In this document: positions 53,201-64,000 of the stretch, in pieces
Numbering within the stretch: position 1 is the first letter of the stretch
Layout of the letters: each line of letters opens with the position of its first letter
Notes under the pieces: model-generated
What the model saw: only the letters and a program-made list of their open reading frames with translations
Database searches by the model: none
Told to the model about the DNA's origin: nothing
Position numbers and translations under genes: made by a program
DNA from: Phoronis australis
Lineage: Eukaryota; Animalia; Phoronida
Direction: 5' to 3'
Assembly: GCA_002633005.1 (NCBI GenBank)
Contig: NMRA01000456.1
Span: 187,147 to 251,146 of the forward strand
DNA length: 64,000 nt

Positions 53201-54409
53201 GCATCCGCAGCTGTTTTTCCTACCCCTTACAGGATCTTTGTGAAATTGAGCAAGTTTATTTCTATGAGCGTGACAACGGATGACGACAACTTGTGGACAT
53301 ATGTGACTAAACCGCTGTACCTCCCCCAGTGGCAGTTTTAGTTTTTACGATCTTGATAGGTGTGTTCCTATTGAGGAGAGCATTGCTGACTTGTTATGCA
53401 TCCCTTGGGGGCTATTTAAAGTTTACAAGCATTGCACCCTTTAGTGGGAATTTCCAAAATAGTAATCATCCCTTGTATCTGTGTCATATGCGATTCACAC
53501 TTTGGGCGCATGTCACTGCACCGCGTTGCTCATGTATTGTTGAAAACTGTAAAGAATGCTTCATTGTCTTTCAACCATGATTGAACTATCAACAACTTGT
53601 GGCTTTTTTAATATAAGTGAAATTGGTTTGGTGGTTACGAGATATCTGTTGTAACTCATGTGTTGTCAAATGTTTTAAAGAAATCAAGCATAGCAGTCTG
53701 TATACATGTTATGAGCACCCCATAGGTAAACATTGCAGGTCCGTTAAAGGGGGTACAACGACACATAGCCAAACATTACAAATCACTAACAGGGATACAA
53801 CCACATACATAGCCAAATCCTGCAGACTGCAGATCCACTGAAGGAGATACAACCACACTCGCAGTCAAACATAGCCAAACATTGCAGATCCACTAAAGGG
53901 TACACACACACACACACACACGCACACACACGCACCCACACGCACATAGCTGAACACTATAGATCCATTTAAGGGAATACAATCACACTCACTGACACAT
54001 ACATGTCAACATTCTCGTTCTTCATGACTGCTGTGGTGTGGCCCCAGAATGACTACTTTACCTTCTTAAAACTTTTTTACTTATTTTATGGTACTTAAAC
54101 TTATTTTGATTGTTCATTTTTGCTTATTAAAGCTTCTGTTTATTTCTTTTTGCTTAGTAAAACGTCTTTCACTTATTGGAACTTGTTTTACTTTAAATTT
54201 TCTTTTTTGTTGTTACTTGTACATGATAGAGGGCACTAGTTGTCTTTACTCTACCTTTGTTGATTCACAGCTACCATTATCTCCCTAACCGCCGTGGTGG
54301 TGTGTCTGGGTTTGGCATGGCTCCATCGAGCAGGAGACGACCGGATGATGATGGACAGGATGGTGGTAGACACACATGGGGAGCAGGCAACCAGCTGGGC
54401 GGTAACTGA
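44286..54409 (+). CDS. DERL1: Derlin-1 (ERAD rhomboid pseudoprotease), 253 aa, 7 coding exons
   Basis: Exons 44286-44444, 46084-46195 (copy 48264-48375), 46758-46849 (copy 48943-49034), 50386-50481, 51810-51862, 52181-52291, 54271-54409. Motifs: IPMITRYWF, IWRPVTALFY (WR motif), FDGKPADYLFML, FWFGTQFKAMYLPWV, GILVGHLYFFLMFKYPQDFGG, C-terminal SHP box RHTWGAGNQLG. Confidence 0.96.
44702..44857 (+). mobile_element. Solo LTR of the tRNA-bearing TRIM with a perfect 4-bp TSD
   Basis: ATAC|TGTTGTG...TATTACGACA|ATAC; tRNA-like segment ~44768-44839. Confidence 0.85.
45053..45183 (+). mobile_element. Diverged, internally deleted single LTR of the same TRIM family
   Basis: TGTTGTAGACGTGCTTACGGTGAATCATATGAACCTC..CTATTAGCTGAATAGTTAG; B-box region missing. 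Confidence 0.7.
45912..46125 (+). repeat. 107-bp tandem duplication spanning the DERL1 intron1/exon2 acceptor
   Basis: GTTGTCAAAAACTAGCCATAAAGACTTGC...CAG|(G/A)TCTGGCGGCCAGTGACAGCACTGTTCTATTACCCGTTAAC twice; also at 48130-48303. Confidence 0.92.
45950..50180 (+). repeat. ~2-kb near-identical duplication (45950-47993 and 48130-50180) flanking an N gap at 47994-48129
   Basis: Both copies contain DERL1 exons 2 and 3; differences are scattered SNPs and small indels in the introns. Confidence 0.92.
47049..47320. mobile_element. Inverted-repeat element made of two divergent tRNA-derived SINE-like units (copy at 49235-49506)
   Basis: 66-bp imperfect terminal inverted repeats; minus strand has A-box TGGCTCAGTGG and B-box GGTTCGAGTCC; plus strand has a degenerate GGGTTCATGCCC B-box. 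Confidence 0.7.
50145..50365. repeat. ~22-bp minisatellite just upstream of DERL1 exon 4
   Basis: (GTGAGTCTAGTTATATGGTAAT)n, degenerate. Confidence 0.9.
52015..52112. repeat. Four ~27-bp tandem units
   Basis: GGCTAGTCTCGTCTAGTG core repeated. Confidence 0.8.
52331..53541 (+). mobile_element. Degenerate Helentron-associated non-autonomous element (HINE/DINE-1-like) with an internal ~145-bp tandem array
   Basis: 5' subTIR ATGTGCCCA followed by a partial inverse TGGGGGCTCAT and a GTCC-like microsatellite remnant; 3' subTIR TGGGCGCAT plus imperfect palindrome GCACCGCGTTGC; T-rich flanks. Confidence 0.55.
53740..53995. repeat. Degenerate 45-70-bp tandem repeats with an embedded (CA)n
   Basis: Recurrent CATAGCCAAACATTGCAGATCCACT..GGGATACAACCACAC. 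Confidence 0.65.
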
Positions 54410-54984
54410 ACCAACCACTCCTTGTTGCCATGGTACATGTGACTTTATAAGGAAAAACATGGCGGTGAAGGAAATGCAACTAAAGTGTCCAACAGCTGTG
54501 TTGTTTCAAAAGTGGAGCTCTTTCGTTTTTATCATTTTCTGGGATAACGCAAACCATCTGAAATCTGTTATATAACTATTTCTTGCCCGCACTCTGACCT
54601 GGTTAGTCATAACTACATGACTGTTGTTCATTATCATGTTTAATTCTCAACCAGACCATTTCATTCGTTGCAAAACCAACTTAATACATTGTGACTTTTG
54701 ACTTTGTCTTATTCAGTGCAGCATCTGCTGGCTGAAAATTGCTTGTACCATATTTATTTTATGTGTAAGTATTGTAAATTTCCTTCTTCTGGTCATATAT
54801 GTCTATGCTTATTCACTCTTATTTACTGAATAATTGCAATGATTGTTTACAAGCTGTAAATGTCATGTTAAAAGTTGTTTCATTACAGTAAAAGTACAAA
54901 GTCTTAACAACCAATTTTGTAATCACTATTACTGTAAGTCCGTTTTTCGGAAATAAAGAATTAATTGAAAATTTATGATGTGCA

Positions 54985-57900
54985 TCAATCCCTCTTACTG
55001 GCGTCAATCACTCTAATGTCGCTGTTATAACCATTGGCTTCTGATTTGTCTTCTGGTTGAATTTTGGAGAACATCTCTTTCCGAAGTTGAGAACTGCTTA
55101 TGCCCTGTGTGTAGGGAAAAAATCGGATTGGCATCAGTGACTCAACTGTGGAGCGTGATGGAAAGTCAGGCATGTCATCTCCACGCACGTAGAGGGCTGT
55201 TTCTTCCTCCTCCAAGTAGACAATGCAGGTGATGAAGTTTGAAGGGTCAGTGCTGGAGATGCAATATACCTGCAGATGATGATCATATCAATGTACATGA
55301 TAATTTGGTTGGCATGCCTTGCAAGTGTAAAAACAAACGAAAAATCTTGGTTTCTTTCATGGCTTACTGTCTTGGATGATGTTAATGTTTGAGGGCTTTT
55401 TGGATTTTTGGCCAGTGGTCGGAATATTCAGCTTCATCCCGGTTTTCAACTCTAGATTAAAACATACTTTTAAAGGGTATTGTTTGATCATTTCCTAATC
55501 ATGACACATACCACACCTAGAAAGCAGATCATTACCATTGGACAACATATTCATTACTGACCTGATCAGCGTACTGTTTGACGTTCAACATACGTTTCTC
55601 TGTACTGTCTATTGGGAACTTTTTCTTTAATTCAAAGTAGCTGCGAGAGTCGTGTAGTCCAACAATGACCTAAATGAAAGATTGACTTATGAATTCAGTC
55701 GCCAATGGAAAAATGGAAGCTTAATTACATCTAATATCGGACTTGTCTGACAAAACGTTCCAACCTGCGACATCGACAATGTGATCTGGGTACCAATTCC
55801 ATTATTGGTTTAACTGGTGAATTGCACGATACTATAATGTATTCTAAGAGTTGGTTTGTTGCTATTGGGTAAAGAAAATGCGATGCAGATTATTCATTAC
55901 AATAGTCTAAAACTGAGACTAAATCGTCTGCTATTGGCAAACCTCTGTAACTTGTCAGAACTGAGTCACGTTTTCATTGACAAACCTCGAACTACATGGC
56001 ATCTATGAAATCACGATAACGCTTACAGCTTGAAAGTTGACACTTCTCTGACCACACCTGTTTGCCCAGTTGTCTCATGCGGTGCATCAACTTCATGTGA
56101 CCTCGATGGAAGAGATCAAAACAGCCTATCGTATACACTTTGTCAACGCGGCCATCAAATGCTATCGAGGGAAGTGAATGACGTCTTGTGTGCAGTCTCT
56201 CCCTTTGTTCGTCCTCGCTGTCATCCCCAGTCTCACTACTTACAGATGACGTGTTACTACTCGTTCTGAAAAATCGTGATATTCCGTCATTGGAAACGAC
56301 AGGATGACGAACGTTGAAGGTACCAAAAACTGCAGGTGTACTATGCGCATTTAAAACTGTGTTTAATTTATCATGTCCGAAAAATATTAAAGCAACATCT
56401 CGCCCTGCTTAGCTGGCTAAACCGAAAATCAATATTAGGCTTCTTGGTGTCATAAAGTCGGCCTCGTAATATTCCTTTCCCAAATAGAATTTTCTGTTAA
56501 CAAGAACACCACAACCGTCAGCGACTCGAGCATAAGCGACTTCGAAAATGTACGCATTGCCTGTTAACTTAGGTTACCGACTCATTCGGCAATAAATCGA
56601 GATAGGATGAGCGTGCTAATGTTTAAAAAGAGCATCGGTTGAGATTGTGTAGGATTTCGTTGACAAGTCGTATTTAGCCAAATATATACAAAATTAGAGA
56701 TTTTAATTCAGTAAAAGTATATTTTCTGAAAGTAAAAGGCTTTCAGAATGTGATTTTTTACTTTACCATGTCTTTTCAGTACAATTTAACAAAAAAGGAA
56801 ACGTCCGTTGATAGCAAATCAATGGCATGATCAAATTATATTTGATATAAATGTTCAAGATGAGATATCGAGAAGGTGTTAAAGTTTTCTAAAATATTTC
56901 GCTTATGTTTTATGCAACTTAAAGCGTTTTTTCATGAAATCATAAATTATAGCCTTTCTTTTTCAAAATAGTACCTCCTGCAAAAATGAAAAAAATTAAA
57001 AACAAGAGCTTTTTGGAGAACAACGCTGCATCTAAAAGTTTCTTACGTTTTAAAGTTTTCAATCGGCCGTTTCTGAGATGTGATGTTAGCCATTTGGACA
57101 TTTTGTACGGTCCTGCATAACTTTAATATTCAACATTGACACCTAAACTGCGACGAAATGCCCCTTTAAACAATTTTGTCACTCGGCATACCTTACAACT
57201 ACCGGTTATACGCCGATTGCCAGTCAAATTCCATAATTATTTGTATGATTAATGAGGAGATGGTACATTTAAATAATGTCTCATTTTCCTGCATACTTTT
57301 TCAAAGTTGGTACACTTGTCCGAGTGTAAGCGTTCGAGCGATGTCTAACGCCATTCGACACAGATTCATTTTGTGGTACGTTGGCTTCGGTTTCAACAGA
57401 GTCAGCGGCGGTCTTGGCCTAAGGGTAACAAGGCCTAATTAATGTCAAATAACGAAAAACATGTTGTCAAACTATGGAGCATTCCCTATCAGCTAGGGGG
57501 TGAATGAATCTGGCCCACATGTACAGAAAATAATTTTACTCACGAAGGGTTAGAGTTTTCGATTATCACCGCTTGGCTGTGGCTTAGCCGCGGAGAGCAC
57601 AACGGGGTCATGTCCCCCCCCTCCTCTGTTCATTACAAAAGAGACCCCCGTCGAAACTCATTTCAAGCTTGCCACTCATTCTAGCCCTCACCTCCCTCTC
57701 CCCCAATCGTCAAAAATTTCGCGTTTTGCCCAGTTGTTTAAAAACAGTGCCTCTTGGTACTTCTGAAGCTGGACATTCAATTGCTTTCCACAACATGCCC
57801 GTGCATAAATTGATCGCACCTGAAACACTTCTGTAATATCTAGTTAGTGATCTAAGCCTCCGCCTATACTGCTGAAAATGCATGGCACACATTTCGTTCA

Positions 57901-60900
57901 CGTTATTGTTGCCGGTCTTTAATTGGCAGGTTCTCCTAGATGAATGGGCTGTGGGCACATGGATACATGTATCCTGTCACTGTAAAGCGTACGCCATAAA
58001 AATGTCAACATTGAGCTAGCACCAAATTGGTATAAACACTGATAACCCGAGAAATTAGTCTTCAGCCAGTCTGAGGATTAGTTTCATAATGCACTCATGC
58101 TATACGTTTATTTGTGCCATGCCTTGAAACTCTGTCATAGATTCAAAACAATCACAAAAATCGAATTTCATGAGAGCTTCACCACCGACATTAAGATTGT
58201 CAAGTGACAGAATGACTGAATAGCCGGTGTAGCATTGAATTTAACGTACAGAATTTTCAGCCAGTTGGAGAAATGTCCTGGGGAATATTTTTTTCAACAG
58301 TTTTGTGTAGCCAAAGCAAGTGATTTGAGTTTAACGTGACACGTGCTCAGACACCATTTCTAAGTGAGTGCAATTTGACGGCGGTTGCAGAAAATTGATG
58401 ACGAATCGCACGAGGATGCGGAAACTTTTTTCGGTCATGAGCGGTCAATTATACTTTTTCGGCCTTATCGTGTGGATGTCGAAACAAAAAAGTTTTATTG
58501 TTACAATAGCAGGCTCCAACTAATTCCACAGACCCGATCTTTTGGCTCACCTTTTGGGACTGGACCTTTCTCGATCCATCCTCGTTGTATAGGGGCTTGT
58601 TGGAATAGTTTCTCTCTGTGTGGTATTCTACAGTCGCCATATGCGATGATAGGAGATATTGGGTTTTCGACTTAATTCCCCTTGCCTCAAGTTTCCTTGA
58701 CAAACTCGCGTGCGCAAGACGAACACTAAGTAACAAGCATACGATTCCCAATTGTCCGGCTGCAATGCATATTGAAATGAAATAGAATTACGCAGTCGGA
58801 CAATTTAGAAAAAAATAAGTCATGTTTCTTACTATTTTTGTACTCAGATGAAAATAAATAATCAAAAACATGTAATCTACACAAAAATCGTTTTCCACAA
58901 TGATAGTAGTTTAAGTGGTCTATCCTAAATAGAAATTTCCGTCTAGTCAGTGCGCGAGTGAGCGAAAATTGTCATCTCGACGTTGCTATTCTCAAACACC
59001 AAGAAGTGACACGTCCACACATGCAACTCATTATGTCCAATGCAATGAGAACGCGCCAGAGCTATACTTCCAAGAGAGACCGGCTCTCTCCAGCTCCAAA
59101 CAAGAGGAGCGCGTCTTTGGACAAATGCTTGGAATACTATCGCCAACGAAGGACTTACCCCAGCTCTCCATCGGAACTACATGCCCCTGAGATAGTGCCA
59201 GGAACGCTATTCCCAACGATTCCAACTTCTCTTTCAGTTTTCCTTCCATAACTGACTTTGTACCGGAAGCAACATTGTGAAACTCTTTCCCTTTTTTCTC
59301 CAAATGTCTTCTCTTGTGTGCCCTGAAACGAACGTTTTTATCGAGACGTACGCCATCCATGCAGTTTCCAACGTGTGTCTCTTCTCGTACTATTGCAAAC
59401 TCAGTTACACGTTGTACAAATACAACTTTATTTTCAGCTTTACGGGCAAAACTTAGACGAAAACAGTGAGGGGAACTGTTGAGTTTGTGTGGGCAGGGGG
59501 GAAATTCTGTACAGGTTACACAGGGAGTACTAAATAAAAGTATTCTAAAACATTAAACTAATTCCAGGATACGATTTTCTGGAAACTATTAAGTGGTGTT
59601 TAAAGTTTTCATTCCAGGAACTCCAAAGTTAGTTTTGTTGTGCCTAGAAGTTAAAAAAGTTCCATCTTATTGTAAATAACAAACATAGATATTTTAGTTT
59701 TGGCACCAAATCCAACCAGCTCTGAAATTCTAGCACAAATATCAAGAATTGTTAACAAAGTTGAAGTGCCGAAGTGGAGAGCTATTCAAACGTGTTTTCG
59801 ACTTGAATGCAGTGATGAGAATTTGCTCATTCTGACGGAAAGCATCCAAAGGTTGTAAAAGCGAAAGCTGTACAATGTCTGAAAAATCCATCAGTCGGTT
59901 CATTATTTTCTGGTATTCATATTTCAGAGTATATTTGTCAACAGTAATGAGAGACCCAATATCTGATTTGATACCCTATTGTATATTTACACGACAAGGA
60001 CAGCAGCCAGTTAGTACATCATAACACAGCTAATCGTCAAACAAGACGTCATAGCATACATGGGGCCCGTTCCCACAAAACTGACTTAGCTAAGACAAAT
60101 CTTAAATTTTAGGAAATTTTAAAATGAAAATTATATTTGTCACAAAACCAATTCAAGAACGAGATCTTAAGTTTGACTTAAGTGTTTGACATAAATTTTG
60201 TCTTAATTTTGACTAACTTACCGAATATGGAAGTTTCAAAGTTTGGAAGTTAAGACAAATCTTAAAATTAAGTAAAAAATGAACTTAAGTCAGTTTCTTA
60301 AATCAGGCCCATGGTCCTCATGTTTTCCGATGTCGAAGAACGCAAGTTGGCTAAGGCTAGATCATTATGGCATTTTTGTATTCGAGTGCAATTACATAGG
60401 CCTATTGACTTCGTTGTAAGTCACTAACGGTATAATAACAACTACTTTGACAGTACTTACAGGTAAAAGTAATCCTGAACGCGCACAACTCCAAGGACTG
60501 CCTCGTACAGCATAATGACCACGGACACAGTGAGGTACAGCGTTGTTTGCATCAGCGTCATCTCGGAGAAGTTAGTTACAGTCAGTATGGTCCAAAGACA
60601 TGTGACGTTAACTACCTGGAATTTCAAATGGCGCACTTGATTTCACGATTAGGCCGGATGGTTTCTCCTCCTTGGAGAAAATATGTTGAGAAGAAGAGTT
60701 TCAGGAAGACTCCGAGGAGTTGCGTACATGACAACTGCCAGGACAGAAAGTCATACACATTGTTAGTTGCGAGTTGAAACAGATACAATCTACAACTTTC
60801 CGCTAAAATCCATAATGCGAATTGTTCATCCAAGCAGTACAAAGGCTGTTATTTCTGTAGAACTACAAGAAAAACTTTGACCTTTATTAGTGTTACCTTG

Positions 60901-62389
60901 TCGCAAAAGGCGTCCATGAAGCCTCCCAACAGCGGGTCGTCGACTGGGCCATAAATCCGCGCGTGCACTTTAGCCACGATCCCATCAACGTGGTCGAGGT
61001 AATCGTGCAATACAACCATCCAAAAGACATTCCAGAAATAGCCATATCTAAAAGATTGACGAGTTTCCTATAATCAAACATTCTTAGATAAGTTCACATA
61101 TTTTGGAAATACTCCAAACTTTAAGTCGCTTTCGAGATGTTTTTTATTATCCATTTTGGTGCTCTCGGGCGAGAGCGGCATATCAAACTGTAGTCCCTTC
61201 AGCCCAGTGATCAAGAGCCTGCCTTAGTGTATTGGGCACGAGGTTCCCCACCTCAAGTGCATTATCGGAAAAAAAACACTTTTTGTGATAACAACACTAG
61301 GTCGGATATGAACTGAGAACCTCCGCTGCCGCAACCAAACGCTCTGTTGGCTGAATTAAATCTCAAACGTGAGAGAAATTTAAGCGTATTTGACTGGTCA
61401 TGAGTCAACGACCTTGATTTTAGCACTGTCTGGCAGAAAACGGCCATAACTGGCGATTTGATTTGAAATAAAATCACAAAATACAACAGATTTTATTGTT
61501 GTATATGTCTGGTCCTTGCTAATAACTTCAACAAGTCTATCCCATCCATTTCACTTTCATTGAAAACCTCTTCGAAGAAACACCAGGCGACCACTTAACG
61601 GCGAGATTTCATCAAATTAAACCGTATAGTAGCACCGGTTTTTCCTACTTTTACACGACAAAAAAGCTCTTGACACGGAATGAGTTGACACGGTGCGAGT
61701 TGATCCATGTCCGTATATATCAATGGAGTTGTCACATTTACTCCAAACTTTCGAAAGTTGATGTTCCACGCGGTCGTAGTTTTCGGTTTTTAATAGTTTT
61801 AATCTAGTTCAGGATGACCATTAACAGGTACTAAATCACAATCGAATGTTACTGCTTCCGCGTGCCTCCAGTTTTAACAGTGAAGCTATGGAAGTAGAAC
61901 ACATGTGAGATACTTACTTAAGACAGACTGCTATTGGTATGATCAGAATGGTCCTCGCCCATGAAACAATATTTGCGGAGAAAACTGTGCGGGAAGCTCC
62001 GTTTTCAGCCCCGCAGGAAAGTAATATTATTGGGGGGGGGGGGGGGGGGGTGGGGGGTGGNTGTTTTACTCTGCAACATAGCTCGTGGCGTACCCCGGGC
62101 AAAATAGATTACGATAAATGCTGATAGTTCTCGGTATCTTGGCAACAACAGGAGCCGTCACCAGTTGTATTGGTGTATACACGAAGACGTCATACCAATT
62201 AACCTGAAAATGAAAACAAGTGACTGATCGTTACAATTTTCTGGTACAAATCCCCTGGCTTTAATTTGAATTAGAAATTGGGATGAGGTTAATTAACACA
62301 AAGAATGCAAACACTTAACTTACCAGCACAAACAGCAGTCTCTCGATGATACGTACAAGCCAAACAACTGCTTTCAGAGGATGAGTCAT
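54985..62389 (-). CDS. Fused CDP-alcohol phosphotransferase (N-terminal, PgsA-like membrane domain) and HxGH cytidylyltransferase (C-terminal, TagD/GCT-like), ~541 aa, 11 coding exons
   Basis: Exons 62389-62324, 62203-62113, 61984-61918, 61047-60897, 60615-60461, 59322-59159, 58759-58551, 57418-57297, 56265-56058, 55669-55562, 55269-54985, all GT-AG and in phase. Motifs ANIVSWARTILIIP, DHVDGIVAK..GGFMDAFCD, EGKLKEKLESLGIA, then VYTIGCFDLFHRGH, VIVGLHD, YVRGDD, PYTQGISSSQLR. The start codon is less certain. Confidence 0.88.
56391..57165. mobile_element. Possible Kolobok-type non-autonomous DNA transposon
   Basis: TTAA|AGCAACATCTCG ... CGAAATGCCCCT|TTAA: TTAA flanks, AG..CT termini, imperfect TIR. 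Confidence 0.45.
60062..60311. mobile_element. ~250-bp MITE with GGGGCC termini (PIF/Harbinger-like)
   Basis: GGGGCCCGTTCCCACAAAACTGACTTA ... TAAGTCAGTTTCTTAAATCAGGCCCC; internal TAAGACAAATCTTAA repeats. Confidence 0.65.
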
Positions 62390-64000
62390 GGTTGTTTCAC
62401 GATTGGTTACCTAAAACAAACAATTATAAATGAATAGACCCTCTTCGAAACGAAATAAAAAATGATAGAGCTGATCTGAGGAACGACACTTGGCGAAATC
62501 GACCGAACACGTAAATTCGAGTACGAAGGCAGCAACACCAAGGACGATCACTATGACGACCCTTATACCTGGACGCCTACGGCGATAGCAAAAACGACAT
62601 CGAAGACTATTGACTACACAGCAATCGAAACTTTTCGACAATGTAAACCCCGACAGCAATGACAGCATGCACTACCGAAGGCGACACTGATGCCAACCCC
62701 AGCACCAATTATACCACTTAATGACGCAGATGATGCCGTATTGTACGCGATTAATTCAACATTTTGAAGTACCAGTCGTCTAAACCCACTCAGTCAACAG
62801 ACTTCGAAAATGGACGAGAAACTTTTATGCAAACATGAAGGTTTTACAGAGTAAATTGATTAAGATTTCAAAACCAAGAGAACAGTTTTTTGGAAATGCA
62901 GAATTAGTTCTCCAGGTACCCTTCTCTAGAAAGTGATAATGGAGTAATCTGTCGCTCCGTCTCTATTTTTGAAAATGTACATCACTATATGAACTTGACG
63001 GAGATGAACCTAATGCTAGCATCAATTGCTGCAATGGTTCATTAGTGTCTGATTTATATGTTTATGTGTCAACGAAAATCGACCGATTCATTGACGAATT
63101 TTTATAATTAGAAGGTAATCTTGTAGGAAATTGATGATGCTTCAGTGAACTTATGTACACAGAACTTCGGGGAAATCTCTATTATCTGACCTCAAACAGC
63201 TTAGTGAACTTGACGATGTATTTGCCAGTCTGAAAAAGTCTAATAAAATGGTGTTTCCGTGAATTTTGACATTGATGACATTATGTCAGTTCTATAGTAG
63301 TTGCGACCCCCCCCCCCCGGGGGAGGGCCAAGCACCAGAAACTTGTTTTAATATGCGTTCTTCAACAGAACGTATTTTTGAACACTGTTTTAGGCAACAT
63401 ACTAATAAAACCACTTCCTGATAAAACGCATCCTAACTGAAAGTTATTGCGTGCGTATCGATCTCGACTTCCGTCGTGTTCTGGGCAAAAATGGGGTATG
63501 TCAACGAAAACGTCGCAGTATCCGCTATGAACGGGTGGCGGTTGAAATTTCGTATAGCGGTAGGACCCGTACTAGACGATTTAGAGCGTAATGTGATGGA
63601 AAATGTGATCGTGACGAAAAGAAATAGGCAATCAGAGATTAAGAAGTTACAGGCTGTACGAAAATTTCATGTTAGTCAGCAGATAAGAAATGCGGCCTGT
63701 ACCTGCGAACAAACAAAATTCTTCACAATTGAGACAGACATACTTAGGGAAATTTATTTTGTCAAGTATCTGCCAATGGCAAAAACGTTAACGCGATGAC
63801 AATAGGAGGAAAACCAAGGTTTCATAGAAAACGAACAAATATGGCTATGTTATGCAAGGAGACTTTGGAAACCATGGTATCCAAGGCTGAAATGTGAAAC
63901 GCCAACATCATTACATGTACTAACAAAGCAACCAATGCGCGCAGGTGAGTTGTTATTGATACGAGAGGCTGAGAAGCCTGGAATGATGCATAAATTGAGT

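Noticed and set aside
57690-57820. Extra exon in the fusion gene linker
   Set aside because: Open with plausible splice sites but phase 0 to 2, so it cannot be added alongside the 57418-57297 exon; at most an unproven alternative.
62411-62668. 85-aa ORF as an N-terminal extension of the fusion gene
   Set aside because: Cannot be spliced in frame with a realistic intron; more likely 5' UTR and intron.
63410-63950. Start of a further plus-strand gene (ETS-like CTTCC motifs, 107-aa ORF, donor CAG|GTGAGT at ~63945)
   Set aside because: No recognisable protein and stops interrupt every frame before the donor; cannot be resolved at the window edge.

Overview
AT-rich, intron-rich animal DNA, probably a marine invertebrate (inferred from gene content and repeat types). 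Most entries in the ORF track are not genes; the real genes are spliced and were assembled by hand from GT/AG sites and codon phase. Order: first coding exon plus long intron 1 of a probable SLC12 K-Cl cotransporter (-), RNF212/Zip3-family RING protein (+, 14 coding exons), TBC1D31/WDR67 (-, 22 coding exons), DERL1 (+, 7 exons, with exons 2-3 duplicated across an N gap), and an 11-exon ~541-aa gene (-) that fuses a PgsA-like CDP-alcohol phosphotransferase to a C-terminal HxGH TagD-like cytidylyltransferase. That fusion is the best candidate for an undescribed single-protein activate-and-transfer pathway. The introns hold a complete TRIM whose LTRs carry a tRNA-like Pol III promoter (with PBS, PPT and 4-bp TSD) plus three further single LTR copies, nested foldback MITEs, a Penelope-type minimal hammerhead motif, an inverted tRNA-SINE dimer, a Helentron-type element with an array of CTCF-like motifs, and duplicated splice acceptors. 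Coordinates were counted manually and may be off by a few bases.
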